DNA of 64,000 nucleotides, from assembly GCA_964514945.1 (NCBI GenBank), contig CAZESD010000002.1, forward strand, positions 13,369 through 77,368, read 5' to 3'. The notes under the pieces were generated by a model. It was given only the letters and a program-made list of their open reading frames with translations, was not told the DNA's origin and ran no database searches. Positions 28,243 through 38,749 of this stretch are shown piece after piece; the first letter of the stretch is position 1; each line of letters opens with the position of its first letter. This DNA comes from Candidatus Hadarchaeota archaeon. Its GTDB lineage: Archaea; Hadarchaeota; Hadarchaeia; Hadarchaeales; Hadarchaeaceae. Position numbers and translations under genes: made by a program.

Positions 28243-30197
28243 AAGTAGAGAAATGGCTACCCGTGAGCGAGGATGTGCGAGAAATCCTTGAGCGCTTCAA
28301 ACAGGCTGAGAAACGTCCACCGTCCTTTTACGAGCGCCTGTGCAAGCTCGCGAATCGAATTTTTGGTCGGCTCACGCGCGGCATGGAAGTAACCAAAAGC
28401 ACCCAGCGTGAGCTCGAGCAAGCAAAGCTCAAAATTTCAACGAGAGAGTACTGGGCTGGGTTCTTCCTCATGTTAGGCATCCCCACCCTTATGAGCGTTC
28501 TCGGGTGGCTGCTAATCGGTCTAGCAGGCTCGGACATGCTCGCGATGTGGTGGCTCCCCGTGCTTGGCTTGGTGTTGGGATGCGCCTTGGGGATGGTCTT
28601 CTACCTCTATCCCCCAAGCCTCGCCGGGATAAGGCGAAGCGAGGCCCAAGGGGAAGCGATCCACACGATCATGTTGTTAAGCTTTGCTCTCTACCACAAG
28701 CCCGACCTGCGCGGGGCGACGATTCTAGCTGCTAACGAGAGCAAAGGCGAACTCGCGGGCGACCTCCAGCGCGGGCTGCTCGAGCTCGATACTCGCCACC
28801 GCTATGAGAGTGTCCGCCATATGCTTACGGTAATCGCTCATCGGTGGGGCGAGATCGATGAGGGCACGAGGCAGGCGCTTTTCGATATCCTCCGCTCTAC
28901 GGGTGCGCTGGAGGAAGCTTCTCGCACCTCCGATGTTGGCCGGGCGCCACAACGCGTGCTCGAGAGCAGCGAGGCTCAGCTGAGCAAGCGCTTGAACGCG
29001 CTCGTGATGCCTACAATGGCATTCATGGTATTCGGCTCGCTCGCGATCGTCGGGATGATTGGCCTCTCTCCATTGTTCGGTGCGATAGGGGCAAATTTTG
29101 TCCAGCTGCACTTCTTCGTGCTCGCAGCCCTCCTGCTCGTGGCCTCCTTTTTCGCCTTCACTACCTATATGGGCAGGCTCAGGCCCACGACCCTACCTCC
29201 TTCCGAGGTGCCTGAGGATGACCCCCGTCTACCCTCACGGGGGAATGCAAGGATCTTCGCGCGCGAGGTTCCCTCTTGGCTGCCATCGCTCTTGGTTTTC
29301 CTTGCCCTCGCTTGGCCAGGTTTCCTCTATTTTGTGGGCGTTCAGACAGGTGCGTTGGGAGCACTCGTCCAAGGGGTGAACACGTTTTGGTTCATCTGGG
29401 CTGCGGCTGCGGCGGTTGCTGTCTACGCATATCTCTACGCTGGGCAGCGAAGGAAGCTTCGGGAGGAAGAGCGAACGAAGGCGATCGACTGGGGATCGGC
29501 GCTCAACACCATAGGCTCACGCGTAATCGACGGAAAGCCGATGAGTCAGGCGATGGTCGAGACCGCCGAGTTGATGCCGGGATCGCCCGTTGCGAATCAG
29601 CTCCACGAAATCGTCGAGAGCACCGAGAAGCATGCGATAGATGTGCGCCGCGCGCTATTTGAGCGAGGGTTGATCAAGCGAACCCGTAACCCCCTCATCC
29701 AAAGCTTCCTAAACGTGATTACGCGCATTCGGCGGAGCTCGGAAGCGGCAGCGGGACAGGCGTGCATGATGGCAGCGGATTTCCTCTCGACGTTACACCG
29801 AGTTGAACACCGCTTCCGCGAGCGGATAGAGGAGGCGATGGGGAACCTCTGGTTGGTCACCGTGGTCCTGTTACCGATCGTCTGCGCGATGTCGGTCTGG
29901 GTGATGGAGTTCATGTCGGGCGTTTCGTTCACGGTGGCGGGCGAGGCTGCAGGTGCTGGATTGACGAACCTGCCTTTCTTATTGGGCGCGATGGAGGCCA
30001 ACGAACTCGTTCTCCTGAAGCTCGTGATGGGCCTAACGGCGATAGCCCTCGCGGCGGTGATGGCGCGCTACATCGCAGTGATAAGCGCAGGCAACGATAA
30101 GGTCGAGCTTTGGGCAACGATGGGTAAAACCGTCTTGTTCACTACAATAGTCTTCACTGTTGCATACTTGGGTTTCGGTTTAATTAAGGGGGCGTAG
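28215..30197 (+). CDS. Polytopic membrane protein, probably a TadC/FlaJ-like (T2SS-F) pilus assembly platform
   Basis: Lies directly downstream of the ATPase and overlaps it; multiple transmembrane clusters separated by helical cytoplasmic domains. Confidence 0.5.
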   Translation: MAELVEGPLKVEKWLPVSEDVREILERFKQAEKRPPSFYERLCKLANRIFGRLTRGMEVTKSTQRELEQAKLKISTREYWAGFFLMLGIPTLMSVLGWLLIGLAGSDMLAMWWLPVLGLVLGCALGMVFYLYPPSLAGIRRSEAQGEAIHTIMLLSFALYHKPDLRGATILAANESKGELAGDLQRGLLELDTRHRYESVRHMLTVIAHRWGEIDEGTRQALFDILRSTGALEEASRTSDVGRAPQRVLESSEAQLSKRLNALVMPTMAFMVFGSLAIVGMIGLSPLFGAIGANFVQLHFFVLAALLLVASFFAFTTYMGRLRPTTLPPSEVPEDDPRLPSRGNARIFAREVPSWLPSLLVFLALAWPGFLYFVGVQTGALGALVQGVNTFWFIWAAAAAVAVYAYLYAGQRRKLREEERTKAIDWGSALNTIGSRVIDGKPMSQAMVETAELMPGSPVANQLHEIVESTEKHAIDVRRALFERGLIKRTRNPLIQSFLNVITRIRRSSEAAAGQACMMAADFLSTLHRVEHRFRERIEEAMGNLWLVTVVLLPIVCAMSVWVMEFMSGVSFTVAGEAAGAGLTNLPFLLGAMEANELVLLKLVMGLTAIALAAVMARYIAVISAGNDKVELWATMGKTVLFTTIVFTVAYLGFGLIKGA

Positions 30198-30337
30198 TTA
30201 GCATCGACGAGTTATTTTATCAACTTTCATGTCCGCTTCATTCTCGAGTCATTCGATGATGATTTTCTTTTTCATCCCTTTCCTCGATCACAGAAATCTT
30301 CGATGTTCTACCACTTAACGAGAATCTTAAGCTTCTA

Positions 30338-30595
30338 CTATCTAAGCGCTTTCAAAAGGTATTTTCCTTTATCGGTTAGGAAATAGACCCTCCTTCTGCC
30401 CTCTTCTTTAAAATCCACAAACCCGCTTTGTCTAAGGTCCCCAAGATGCTCATAAGCAGATGAAAGGGAAATTCCCAACCTATTTGCCAACTCATACCCA
30501 TGAGTAGGTTTCTTCTTGATTTCGTTCAAAACTCTCCCCTTTGTCGAACTCAAGATTCTCGTGAAAAACCCCGGTGGGGACTTGGTATATGCCAT
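30338..30595 (-). CDS. ArsR-type winged-helix regulator
   Basis: THGYELANRLGISLSSAYEHLGDLRQSGFV...RRVYFLTDKG. Confidence 0.6.
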   Translation of the reverse strand: MAYTKSPPGFFTRILSSTKGRVLNEIKKKPTHGYELANRLGISLSSAYEHLGDLRQSGFVDFKEEGRRRVYFLTDKGKYLLKALR

Positions 30596-30876
30596 ACAAA
30601 TGATTTCCGAACTAATGATTTATAACAGGAAAATCCGATATATCAGGGGGTGTGAATTGGTGAACTGGATCTGGGAGGGTGAAGCCACGGGCATTTGCGT
30701 CGTGACCTGCACCAGCGAAGGCAGGCCTCGCAGGTTGCTCGGCGAGGGGGCTTAGGCATGTATATATCCCCCGCGCAATCTGCTGGTGTGGTTTCCCGAA
30801 AGGCACAAGCTTTTGGGTGAGGTTATCCATCCGACTGCACCAGCAGGCGCAGAGGGAGAAAATTAGGAGATCGACG

Positions 30877-31044
30877 ATGGGTTCTCGGAAAATTTCAAAA
30901 CTGATTCACGGGTCCGTGCGCTGCCCCCACTGTGGTAAACCAGCGTGGGTGATGGCGACGAAGGGAGAGCGAGCGGATCTACACTGCAGTAAGTGCGGGA
31001 TGTTCGAAATCTCCGTGCGGAAGCTGAAGCTTTTCCGGAGTTGA
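30877..31044 (+). CDS. Small zinc-ribbon protein
   Basis: CPHCGK...CSKCG; AGGAGA ribosome-binding site ahead of the ATG at 30877. Confidence 0.45.
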   Translation: MGSRKISKLIHGSVRCPHCGKPAWVMATKGERADLHCSKCGMFEISVRKLKLFRS

Positions 31045-31159
31045 TCATCTAAACGAAAGATGACTCAATGTCATTCATAAACCGCACCTGATTTATATAC
31101 CTCACTATATATCGGCGCCAAGTTTAAATGCGAGGCGTAATTAGGTGGGTGGTGGTGAA

Positions 31160-32482
31160 ATGGCTTCCAAATCCGAGATCATGCAGCTCGTGAAGAAAGA
31201 GGGAATAAAGTTCGTTCAGATGCAGTTCATGGACATCTTGGGCACCGTCAAAAACGTCACAATCCCGATCACCAAACTCGAAAAGGCTCTTGATGAGGGC
31301 GTGTTCTTCGATGGATCCTCGGTGTTGGGGTACGCTACGATTGAGGAGTCAGACATGCGTCTCAAGCCAGATCCGAACACCTTTGTCGTGCTTCCTTGGC
31401 TCCAAGACAACCTAAAAACAGCCCGCATCGTGTGCGATGTGTACGACCATGAAGACAACCAGTTCGATGGAGATCCACGGGCGGCCCTCCAAAGGCTGAT
31501 GAAGCGCGTCGGGAAGAAGGGCTGGATGTTCAACACCGCTCCGGAGTACGAGTTCTTCCTCTTCATGCCGGACGAGCGGGGGGACCCGACGACGAAGCCC
31601 TCCGATTACGGGGGCTACTTTGACTTGATGCGCGACCGCGGCGATAACGTTCGAAAGGAAATAGTCACCTATCTCAACGCGATGGGTTTTGACGTTGAGG
31701 CCTCCCATCATGAAGTTGCACCGGGGCAGCACGAGATTGACTTGGCGTACGCTGACGCTATAACCTCGGCCGATCGCGTTGCCATGATGAAGTACGTCAC
31801 GAAAACGATCGCCAGCAAGCACGGACTCTACGCCACCTTCATGCCTAAGCCGATCTTCGGGATCAACGGCTCCGGGATGCATGTCAACCAGTCGCTGATG
31901 GCGCAAAGCAAAAGCGTTTTTTACGACCCCAAGGGCACGTATAAGCTAAGCAAGCTCGCGCTCCACTTCATCGGGGGCATGTTGAAGTACGCGAGGGAGA
32001 CGTGCGCGATTCTCGCCTCATCGGTCAACTCCTATAAGCGCCTAGTCCCAGGGTACGAAGCACCCGTTTACATCTCATGGGCCAACCGAAATCGAAGCGC
32101 CTTCATTCGTGTGCCAGCTGGTAGGGGAGCACGAACGCGCATCGAGCTTCGTAACCCCGACCCGGCTGGCAATCCATATCTGCAGTTCGCGGTGATGCTC
32201 GCCGCAGGATTGAAGGGGATCGAGGATAAGATCGAGCCCCCCGAGCCAGTCGAGAAAGATATCTTCCGCATGAGCGCCGAGGAACGGGAGGCCCTGGGCA
32301 TAGGATCACTCCCTGAGAATTTGGGGGAAGCGCTCGATTGTATGAGACGAAGCAGCCTGGTGCGGGAAGCTCTGGGAGAGCACCTCTTCAGCCACTTCCT
32401 CTACATCAAGGGGCATGAGTGGGACAGCTACAGGGCCCAAGTCAGCGATTGGGAGATAAAGACACTTTTGCCAGCGCTTTGA
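31160..32482 (+). CDS. glnA: Glutamine synthetase type I
   Basis: MQFMDILG, DGSS, and the Mg/ATP-site blocks of GS-I are present; ~440 aa. Confidence 0.9.
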   Translation: MASKSEIMQLVKKEGIKFVQMQFMDILGTVKNVTIPITKLEKALDEGVFFDGSSVLGYATIEESDMRLKPDPNTFVVLPWLQDNLKTARIVCDVYDHEDNQFDGDPRAALQRLMKRVGKKGWMFNTAPEYEFFLFMPDERGDPTTKPSDYGGYFDLMRDRGDNVRKEIVTYLNAMGFDVEASHHEVAPGQHEIDLAYADAITSADRVAMMKYVTKTIASKHGLYATFMPKPIFGINGSGMHVNQSLMAQSKSVFYDPKGTYKLSKLALHFIGGMLKYARETCAILASSVNSYKRLVPGYEAPVYISWANRNRSAFIRVPAGRGARTRIELRNPDPAGNPYLQFAVMLAAGLKGIEDKIEPPEPVEKDIFRMSAEEREALGIGSLPENLGEALDCMRRSSLVREALGEHLFSHFLYIKGHEWDSYRAQVSDWEIKTLLPAL

Positions 32483-33087
32483 CAGTTCGATTTTGTTGTT
32501 TAAAAAAAGGTTTAATCATTTTATTTTGAATTCTTCTTCATCGGTTCGACTTAAATTTCTCACCACCTCTAGGACCAAAGAGCGGGTTGGGTACCACGTT
32601 CGCGTCTGAGAGTGCTTGGCCTCGAAGACATCGCAAAGCAATTCGCCAAACTCAACGTTGCCGTAGAAAGTGCGGGGATTCGACCACGCGACTACTCCGC
32701 GGCGGTTCGGTCATCCCTCTCCGCGCTTTTTGCCGTGCGATCTTTTTCCAGCACTTCGGCTTCAACGCACCCTACCGCGCGCTTTATCCACTGCCTTCCC
32801 TAGCCGCGCTAGGTTCTTCCATGACTCCCTTTTGCCCTTAGGCGAAAGTTCAGCCTTCTTTGCTGGCTTCCTCCCCACAATTAGCTTTTCAAAGGCATTC
32901 CACTATTTAAAGCTTTTGCGTGTTACTGAAAGTGTAACAATTAAGGTATAAACAAATTTGTTAAGTTGGCGTCAATTCTATCTTGTAATCTCTTCCCTCG
33001 CTATGTATTTTTTTAACTTTTGTGAGTTCTAATAAGATTTGATCTTTTTAATTTATACGCTTTAAAGTTGAAAAGTAAAATTAAAAT

Positions 33088-33798
33088 TTGTTGGCGGTTA
33101 GGATGTCCAAGTCGCAGGTTGACAAATGCGCTTCCGCTCCAACGCTTGCGGTCTTCACGATATTCGTGATTCTGTGCTCGAGCGTAGCGATAATTACTTT
33201 TCAGTCGTTGGAGGAACGAGAGGTCTCAACGATTATTCTGAAGAGCGCTGCTGACGTGATTCGCGCCACAGCATCGCAAGTTGAGAGCGAGCTAAACTCA
33301 ACGCTCGAGAGCTCGATAGCTGCTGCGATGTACGATGTCGGCTTAAAGGGTGGTACACGTGAAAATGTGGAAAATTACATTCGCGAGTACATGAACGCGC
33401 ATATCTCCGACATCAACGCCTCCTCGCGCTCAACCCTTAAGGTCGCCGTACCGCTATGCGACGAGAACTCGCTCATGATTGAGTGGTTACCTAATGGGGG
33501 CATTCATGCACGGGGTTACCTAAATGCCAGCTTTGAGCACGTGATGGGCCCTATGGCATTCGGGTTAAGTTTGCATGCGATGTCCCGCCCGAGATTCGAA
33601 CGGATAAGGCACGTAGCCGAGCTATCTGCGGTGCTGGTGGCGGGCGCGGAGAACCTCGCGGAGTTGGAGGAGTTGGAGCGAGCGCTTAACGAGAACTATG
33701 CGTGCGAAGGACTTGCAGTGGAGCTGGAGAATGAGAACAACATGGTCTACGTGACGGTGCAAGACATCTTCGGGGCTCGAGGAGTATTCGTTCCTTAA
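33088..33798 (+). CDS. Hypothetical secreted or membrane-anchored protein
   Basis: N-terminal hydrophobic helix. Confidence 0.4.
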   Translation: MLAVRMSKSQVDKCASAPTLAVFTIFVILCSSVAIITFQSLEEREVSTIILKSAADVIRATASQVESELNSTLESSIAAAMYDVGLKGGTRENVENYIREYMNAHISDINASSRSTLKVAVPLCDENSLMIEWLPNGGIHARGYLNASFEHVMGPMAFGLSLHAMSRPRFERIRHVAELSAVLVAGAENLAELEELERALNENYACEGLAVELENENNMVYVTVQDIFGARGVFVP

Positions 33799-34796
33799 AC
33801 CACGGCTTCTAACTCAGGCTCCGATTGAAAGACAAAACCAGGAGTATTTTCCATGTACCACCATTGTATCGCTTGATAGTGTAAGATGTAACTCTCAAAT
33901 TCGACCCGCCAAGTGAGGTAAGTGGAAATGTTGGTGGCCGCTGCAGCAGCTCGAATCGATGCGTTATTTGGTATGTTTACTACCGCGTTATCGCTTGTGC
34001 ACCGCCAGGTTCGCGAACGTAAATAGCCAAGCGTCCGCGCGGGCGAGTACAGCCATCCGCTCAAGTAGGCGTTTTCTGCACTTGGACAGGAAAAGGCAAA
34101 GGCATCGGTAAGTTCCCCTATGTAGTTCTCGATTTTTGAAATTATCCAAACGTTATCGATGAGCCCGACATTTTCCCAGTTTTCGTGCCCTTGAACGCGG
34201 AGCCAGATTGAACCAGCACGGACGAGTATCGAATCGCTGTTTTCCCATTTGTACGCGTCAATGTCACGGGACACGTCAAAGTAAGCGACGATAATCGCCG
34301 TTGCCTCGCGCTGGTTCTCTCGCGCGAAATAATAGAATTCCGGTGGTTCGCCTAGGGGTGTAGGAAGGATGTTTTCAGGCAACGCTTCAATCGGAGAGGC
34401 GCTGACGAGCACGGCATCACCTGAGCACATGAAGTAAACTCTTCCTCCAGGTATGAGGCTTGTGTTCTCCACCTGCAACCCGACGTTTGCGATGGTCCAG
34501 TAGCTTTCACCTGCCCCAGTCCCCCCGGTTATCCGCACGATGAAGGTCGAGCGGTTCTTGTCTATTTCGAGCTCATAACTTGAACCAGCTAATTGCAAGG
34601 GCAGGTCAAGAGTGGGTTGCTGTCCAGATAGAGCTGAAAAGCAAGTTTTGGCTAGGTCGTCCGCGAGCGCTTGGGCCTGAGCACTGACCTCGAATTCCCG
34701 CTGCTTCGTCAGCTGCATGAAGAAGACTCCCGCAAGCAGGATCGCCATGAGGACCCCGAAGAGCAGGTAGAAGGTCAGCTCGTGGGCATCAGACAC
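33795..34796 (-). CDS. Pilin-like protein (N-terminal hydrophobic helix resembling a class III signal peptide)
   Basis: LTFYLLFGVLMAILLAGVFFMQL; 8-nt overlap with the upstream gene. Confidence 0.5.
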   Translation of the reverse strand: MSDAHELTFYLLFGVLMAILLAGVFFMQLTKQREFEVSAQAQALADDLAKTCFSALSGQQPTLDLPLQLAGSSYELEIDKNRSTFIVRITGGTGAGESYWTIANVGLQVENTSLIPGGRVYFMCSGDAVLVSASPIEALPENILPTPLGEPPEFYYFARENQREATAIIVAYFDVSRDIDAYKWENSDSILVRAGSIWLRVQGHENWENVGLIDNVWIISKIENYIGELTDAFAFSCPSAENAYLSGWLYSPARTLGYLRSRTWRCTSDNAVVNIPNNASIRAAAAATNISTYLTWRVEFESYILHYQAIQWWYMENTPGFVFQSEPELEAVV

Positions 34797-35151
34797 TTAC
34801 CGTCACCCCGTTCTCCGTGCGCTTGAGCGTTAGTCGCGCCTGTTGTCCGCTGAGCGTCTGCCCGCTGACCGCAACGCCTGCATCAAAATTCTCCTGCGCC
34901 TGCCCGATCACAATCACCACCAAGTTCTCCTCGAACCGGAGCTCACAATTTGGGGGCACCACGATGTCAAAGGGTAGGGAAGCCCCTGCGTCTTGATCTG
35001 CTAGAAGCTTTACCTGCTGCGCGAGCTGCTCAGCCTGGCGCCTGAAAACGGCCTCCGCGCTCCCGCTCTGATATTGTAAGTAGAGGGCGGCGAAGATCGA
35101 GAGGAAAATCGTAGCGAAGATCACGCTCGCTAAGGTTCGAAGGGCCACCAT
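34789..35151 (-). CDS. Pilin-like protein
   Basis: LASVIFATIFLSIFAALYL. Confidence 0.5.
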   Translation of the reverse strand: MVALRTLASVIFATIFLSIFAALYLQYQSGSAEAVFRRQAEQLAQQVKLLADQDAGASLPFDIVVPPNCELRFEENLVVIVIGQAQENFDAGVAVSGQTLSGQQARLTLKRTENGVTVSV

Positions 35152-35450
35152 GCTATCGCCCTATTGTCTCACGCGGACCTTAACAAAAAGATTACTTTGC
35201 AGACTTTCTCTCTGTAGCAATAGATCCTCGATTCACTCTAACTTTCTTTCCTGATGTAAGAGCAAACGTGGAGATTGAGAAAGTGCAATCCATTAGGTTG
35301 GATCGCTTCGCGACGCCGCAGCTAACCAAGCGAAAATGTGGACTTGGATCATGAAATCAGGAAATCCGAGGTTAAAAGTATACGCTCTGATCGGACAGCA
35401 GCACGCAGCCATATGTTGTGCGCCGTTAACATTGCCAGTTCAGGTTTCGA

Positions 35451-36119
35451 TTACTCTACTTCCTCTTCTTCTGGTTTTAAATCCCTCAGCTTCTCCTCCA
35501 GGGTCTTGATTTTCTGCTCCGCCTCCTTCAGCTCCCGATCGACTTTCTGCTTTTCCGCGATTGCCTCTTCCGCCCTTTTTTCCTCCTCTGCTTTCTTTAT
35601 TGCTTCTTTCTTCCCCTTCTCCAGTCTCTTCTGCTCATTGTTTTTTCCACCGCTGGTAATGGCCCCACCAAAAATCCCTCCAGCGAGGCATGCGACAAAA
35701 GCAACGCCCAAGTTCGTTTCCATCCCTTTGACCCCGTCGACCAAGGTGCGAATCGTCTGATCAAATGAGAGCCCAGCCATAGACCCACTTATGAATCCCA
35801 GGACAACCCACACGACCGCCACGCTTAAAATAGCCATGATTACAGCTTTACCTGGACTTCTCGCAATCAATCCTCCAAGAAAGCCACCTACAACCCAAGC
35901 TACCATTGGAAGGAGAACGCCAAAGCTGTTATACATCGTATAAGGAGTCAAAAGGTAACTGAGAAAACTCGATGCCAGAAGTTTTCCCGCCTCTGGGTCC
36001 TCGAAAGCCTGCTTGATTTCTTCGGTACCCAAGCCCAAACCCTGAAAATAGACGATTGCAATCGCGACGATGAGACAAAGAAGTATTCCACCCACAAGGC
36101 TTCCTTTCATTTTTTTCAC
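35451..36119 (-). CDS. Membrane protein with a charged coiled-coil C-terminus
   Basis: Four transmembrane segments followed by a tail rich in EEEKRAEEAIAEKQK. Confidence 0.5.
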   Translation of the reverse strand: MKKMKGSLVGGILLCLIVAIAIVYFQGLGLGTEEIKQAFEDPEAGKLLASSFLSYLLTPYTMYNSFGVLLPMVAWVVGGFLGGLIARSPGKAVIMAILSVAVVWVVLGFISGSMAGLSFDQTIRTLVDGVKGMETNLGVAFVACLAGGIFGGAITSGGKNNEQKRLEKGKKEAIKKAEEEKRAEEAIAEKQKVDRELKEAEQKIKTLEEKLRDLKPEEEEVE

Positions 36120-36257
36120 CTCTTTTTGATTTTTCCCCGTGAAAATATTACCCGTTTAAGGAATATCAAACTTTTCTTTTCACATTAAATTATCATCGCC
36201 AGCACCACAGTTGTTACAAGTGGATAATGTTCTTTCAGCCAGAATGGCCATCACGAC

Positions 36258-37382
36258 TTACCGCTCCCACATCAGCAGGCCCTCCCGCGCTATTCCGACC
36301 TTCTTTCTCGCGGGAGTTGTACAGAAGCGCTTGTTTACCACGACCACGCGTTTGGCCCTGAACCCGGCGCGTTCGGCAAGCCTGCTAAGCGTTTCGCAGA
36401 CCTCAACAACACCTTCCGGGAAACATCCATCTGATGTCACCAAACAAACTCTCGCCCCGTGCTTGCAGACGCGATAAAGCTCTTTGATTACTGCGAACAT
36501 GTCCTTGAAGTAAAGTTTCGCTTCGATCGGTTTTTCCCCAACAAATTCCCCAACTTCAGAAAAATCCTCCACAGCGCCACCCTCACGCACGCTGATGAGC
36601 TGATCTGAAGCTGGAGCATCCAAGTCCAACAACTGCTGCTCGATGCGGTACGCGTTGATGTACTCCCGTTTGTTCAGGTAGGGCGGAGAGGTAACGACTG
36701 CATCAACACTCTCGTCGGCCAGCTTAAGCTTCCTCGCGTCGCAGTGCTCAATCGTTACCTTGCAGGCCTTTCCCTCGAATCGCTCGACATCGCTACACAT
36801 GTGCAGGAGTTGTCGTTTGAGCACATTTCGGAGGGGAGGCACCGGCTTCTTGACGAATCTTATCGCCGCGCCATCCTTGTGCGCCCAGCTGCATCGCATC
36901 GCCGCATTCATCAACCCGAGTAACAGAAATTCGCGAACCTTCTCGTTTTCAACCTCTATTATCTTTCGCTTGAAAAATGCGATGTCCTCCAGCAGGGGCT
37001 TTGGAAAAACGCGCGCGGCGAAACCCGGCATTTCAACTTCTAGTTTTTCGAACTTCGATTTCATCAACCTTCGAACTGCTGCCCTGAGCTCCTCCACATC
37101 GTAATCCCTTAATTTCACGCGCGAGGCGAACAACATGATTGGATGTACATCATAACCGACGCTGCCTACCCCAAGTTGTTTGCAGGCAAGCGGCGTCGTC
37201 CCGCAGCCAACAAAGGGGTCAAGTACGAGATCGCCTTCGCCAAGTCCCCAAGTTTCAGCAAGTAGGAACACGAGGTCTCGGGAGAACGCCTCTTTGAAAT
37301 ATAACCAGTTGTAAACGGGAAGTCGCTTGTTGAGGAGGAAGGTCGCCAGCCTACCCAGTTTGAGCTTCTCGACTATCTTCAC
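36258..37382 (-). CDS. SAM-dependent methyltransferase, N6/N4 DNA-MTase-like or UPF0020 RNA-MTase-like
   Basis: Motif I DPFVGCGTT and motif IV VTSPPY. Confidence 0.55.
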   Translation of the reverse strand: MKIVEKLKLGRLATFLLNKRLPVYNWLYFKEAFSRDLVFLLAETWGLGEGDLVLDPFVGCGTTPLACKQLGVGSVGYDVHPIMLFASRVKLRDYDVEELRAAVRRLMKSKFEKLEVEMPGFAARVFPKPLLEDIAFFKRKIIEVENEKVREFLLLGLMNAAMRCSWAHKDGAAIRFVKKPVPPLRNVLKRQLLHMCSDVERFEGKACKVTIEHCDARKLKLADESVDAVVTSPPYLNKREYINAYRIEQQLLDLDAPASDQLISVREGGAVEDFSEVGEFVGEKPIEAKLYFKDMFAVIKELYRVCKHGARVCLVTSDGCFPEGVVEVCETLSRLAERAGFRAKRVVVVNKRFCTTPARKKVGIAREGLLMWER

Positions 37383-37398
37383 AGAAAAACCTTCTGAA

Positions 37399-38637
37399 TC
37401 ATCGCATCGACATAAGATAATCAGCCTCAGTGTCGCTCAATTCGAGTTCGGCCGCGATTCGAGATGCAGCCTTCTTGTCGTGTTTGAATATCAGGTGCAA
37501 GTAGGGCAAGAAGTGTTTTCGCGCAACTTTCGAGGAGGTGTGGCAACGAGCAGCGATTTTTTTCGCTGTGCTATCACGCACGGCTCGAGCAGCCCTAGTT
37601 CTGCCAAAATATTTTCCAGAACTGGGGGGTTGGAAGCGGACAAATTTTAACTCACCCTCACGAGAGAGAGCGACCCCGGCGCTCATTAGGTCACTGGCGT
37701 ACCTCCACAGCCCGTAAGCTTGTCTTCTTCGGGCGCGGCCTAGAAAAGTATCGGCCCGCGAAATGGCGTCGTAGGCCTGAACCCGGTCAGCTGGGTCGGC
37801 AAACATCCGTGGGATATTTTCATCAATCCACGCGAGGGCATCGTCAGGCGCCTTGTCGAGCGCCCATAGCAACTCTCGGGCTTCCCTGACTCCCTTGGCA
37901 TAGACGAGTTGCTTCAGCACGTCGAAAATGCTCGCTTCCCGGTCGCGTCGGTAAAGCACGACATCCTTTATGGCTAAGCGCTTTCTGCCGGCTGCAATGG
38001 TTTGCAGATCATTTATCGCGGAGCGCAGGTCGCCCCGTACAGTTTCAGCGATTACGTTCAACGCAATCGGGTCGACTTCGATGTGCTCCGCGCGGCATAT
38101 CCGTTGGAGTACGCTTGCGATTACATCCTTAGTCAAGCGCCTGAAGTTTATGGCGAGGCAGGTGCCCCTTATTTTCCACGGAATCGCATATTGGTCATTG
38201 GCAATTAGCACCACTGGGTTCTGAGTCTGCTTGAGCAATTCCTCGATCGCGCGGTATCCACCCCTGTCTGTAGTTCCGTAGACGTTGTCGGCTTCGTCGA
38301 GCACGACCAACCGCTTGCCCTCAGTTCCTGCAAAAAGAGTGCCAGTCGTCGCTGCTGTGCCGGCGACCTGTTGGACTATTTTAAGGGTGCGTTTGTCGCT
38401 AGCGTTGAGCTCAATCAGATCCCATCCAAATTCCCGGGCCAATGCAGCGGTGGCAATTGTCTTTCCCGTCCCCGCCGCCCCGTAGAGCAGGAGGGCGGGT
38501 TTTTTTGGCTTGCCCTTCCGCCACCCTTCAGCCCAGTCAAGCATTGCTTTAAGAGCTTGGGATTGTCCAATTACTTCCTTGAGTTTGCGGGGTTGGTACT
38601 TGTCGACCCAAGATTCTGACATGGAGGTACCAAACAC
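37399..38637 (-). CDS. rfcL: Replication factor C large subunit (AAA+ clamp loader)
   Basis: WVDKYQPRKLKEVIGQ; LLLYGAAGTGKT; ELNASDKR; the SRC-like region. Confidence 0.7.
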   Translation of the reverse strand: MFGTSMSESWVDKYQPRKLKEVIGQSQALKAMLDWAEGWRKGKPKKPALLLYGAAGTGKTIATAALAREFGWDLIELNASDKRTLKIVQQVAGTAATTGTLFAGTEGKRLVVLDEADNVYGTTDRGGYRAIEELLKQTQNPVVLIANDQYAIPWKIRGTCLAINFRRLTKDVIASVLQRICRAEHIEVDPIALNVIAETVRGDLRSAINDLQTIAAGRKRLAIKDVVLYRRDREASIFDVLKQLVYAKGVREARELLWALDKAPDDALAWIDENIPRMFADPADRVQAYDAISRADTFLGRARRRQAYGLWRYASDLMSAGVALSREGELKFVRFQPPSSGKYFGRTRAARAVRDSTAKKIAARCHTSSKVARKHFLPYLHLIFKHDKKAASRIAAELELSDTEADYLMSMR

Positions 38638-38749
38638 AATTTGGCTGGGTTTGATTAAAATGATTGGGGCGCGGAAAACAGAGAATATTCTTGACCCCTC
38701 TCCTGAAAATTGTCTTAAGTTCTAGTCCCATATACTGAATGGGATAACG

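Noticed and set aside
28215-30197. An archaellum FlaJ in a fla operon
   Set aside because: No archaellin-type genes or flaH-like gene are present. The nearby filament genes look like Tad/Flp-type pilins, so a generic TadC/FlaJ-like platform protein is the safer call.
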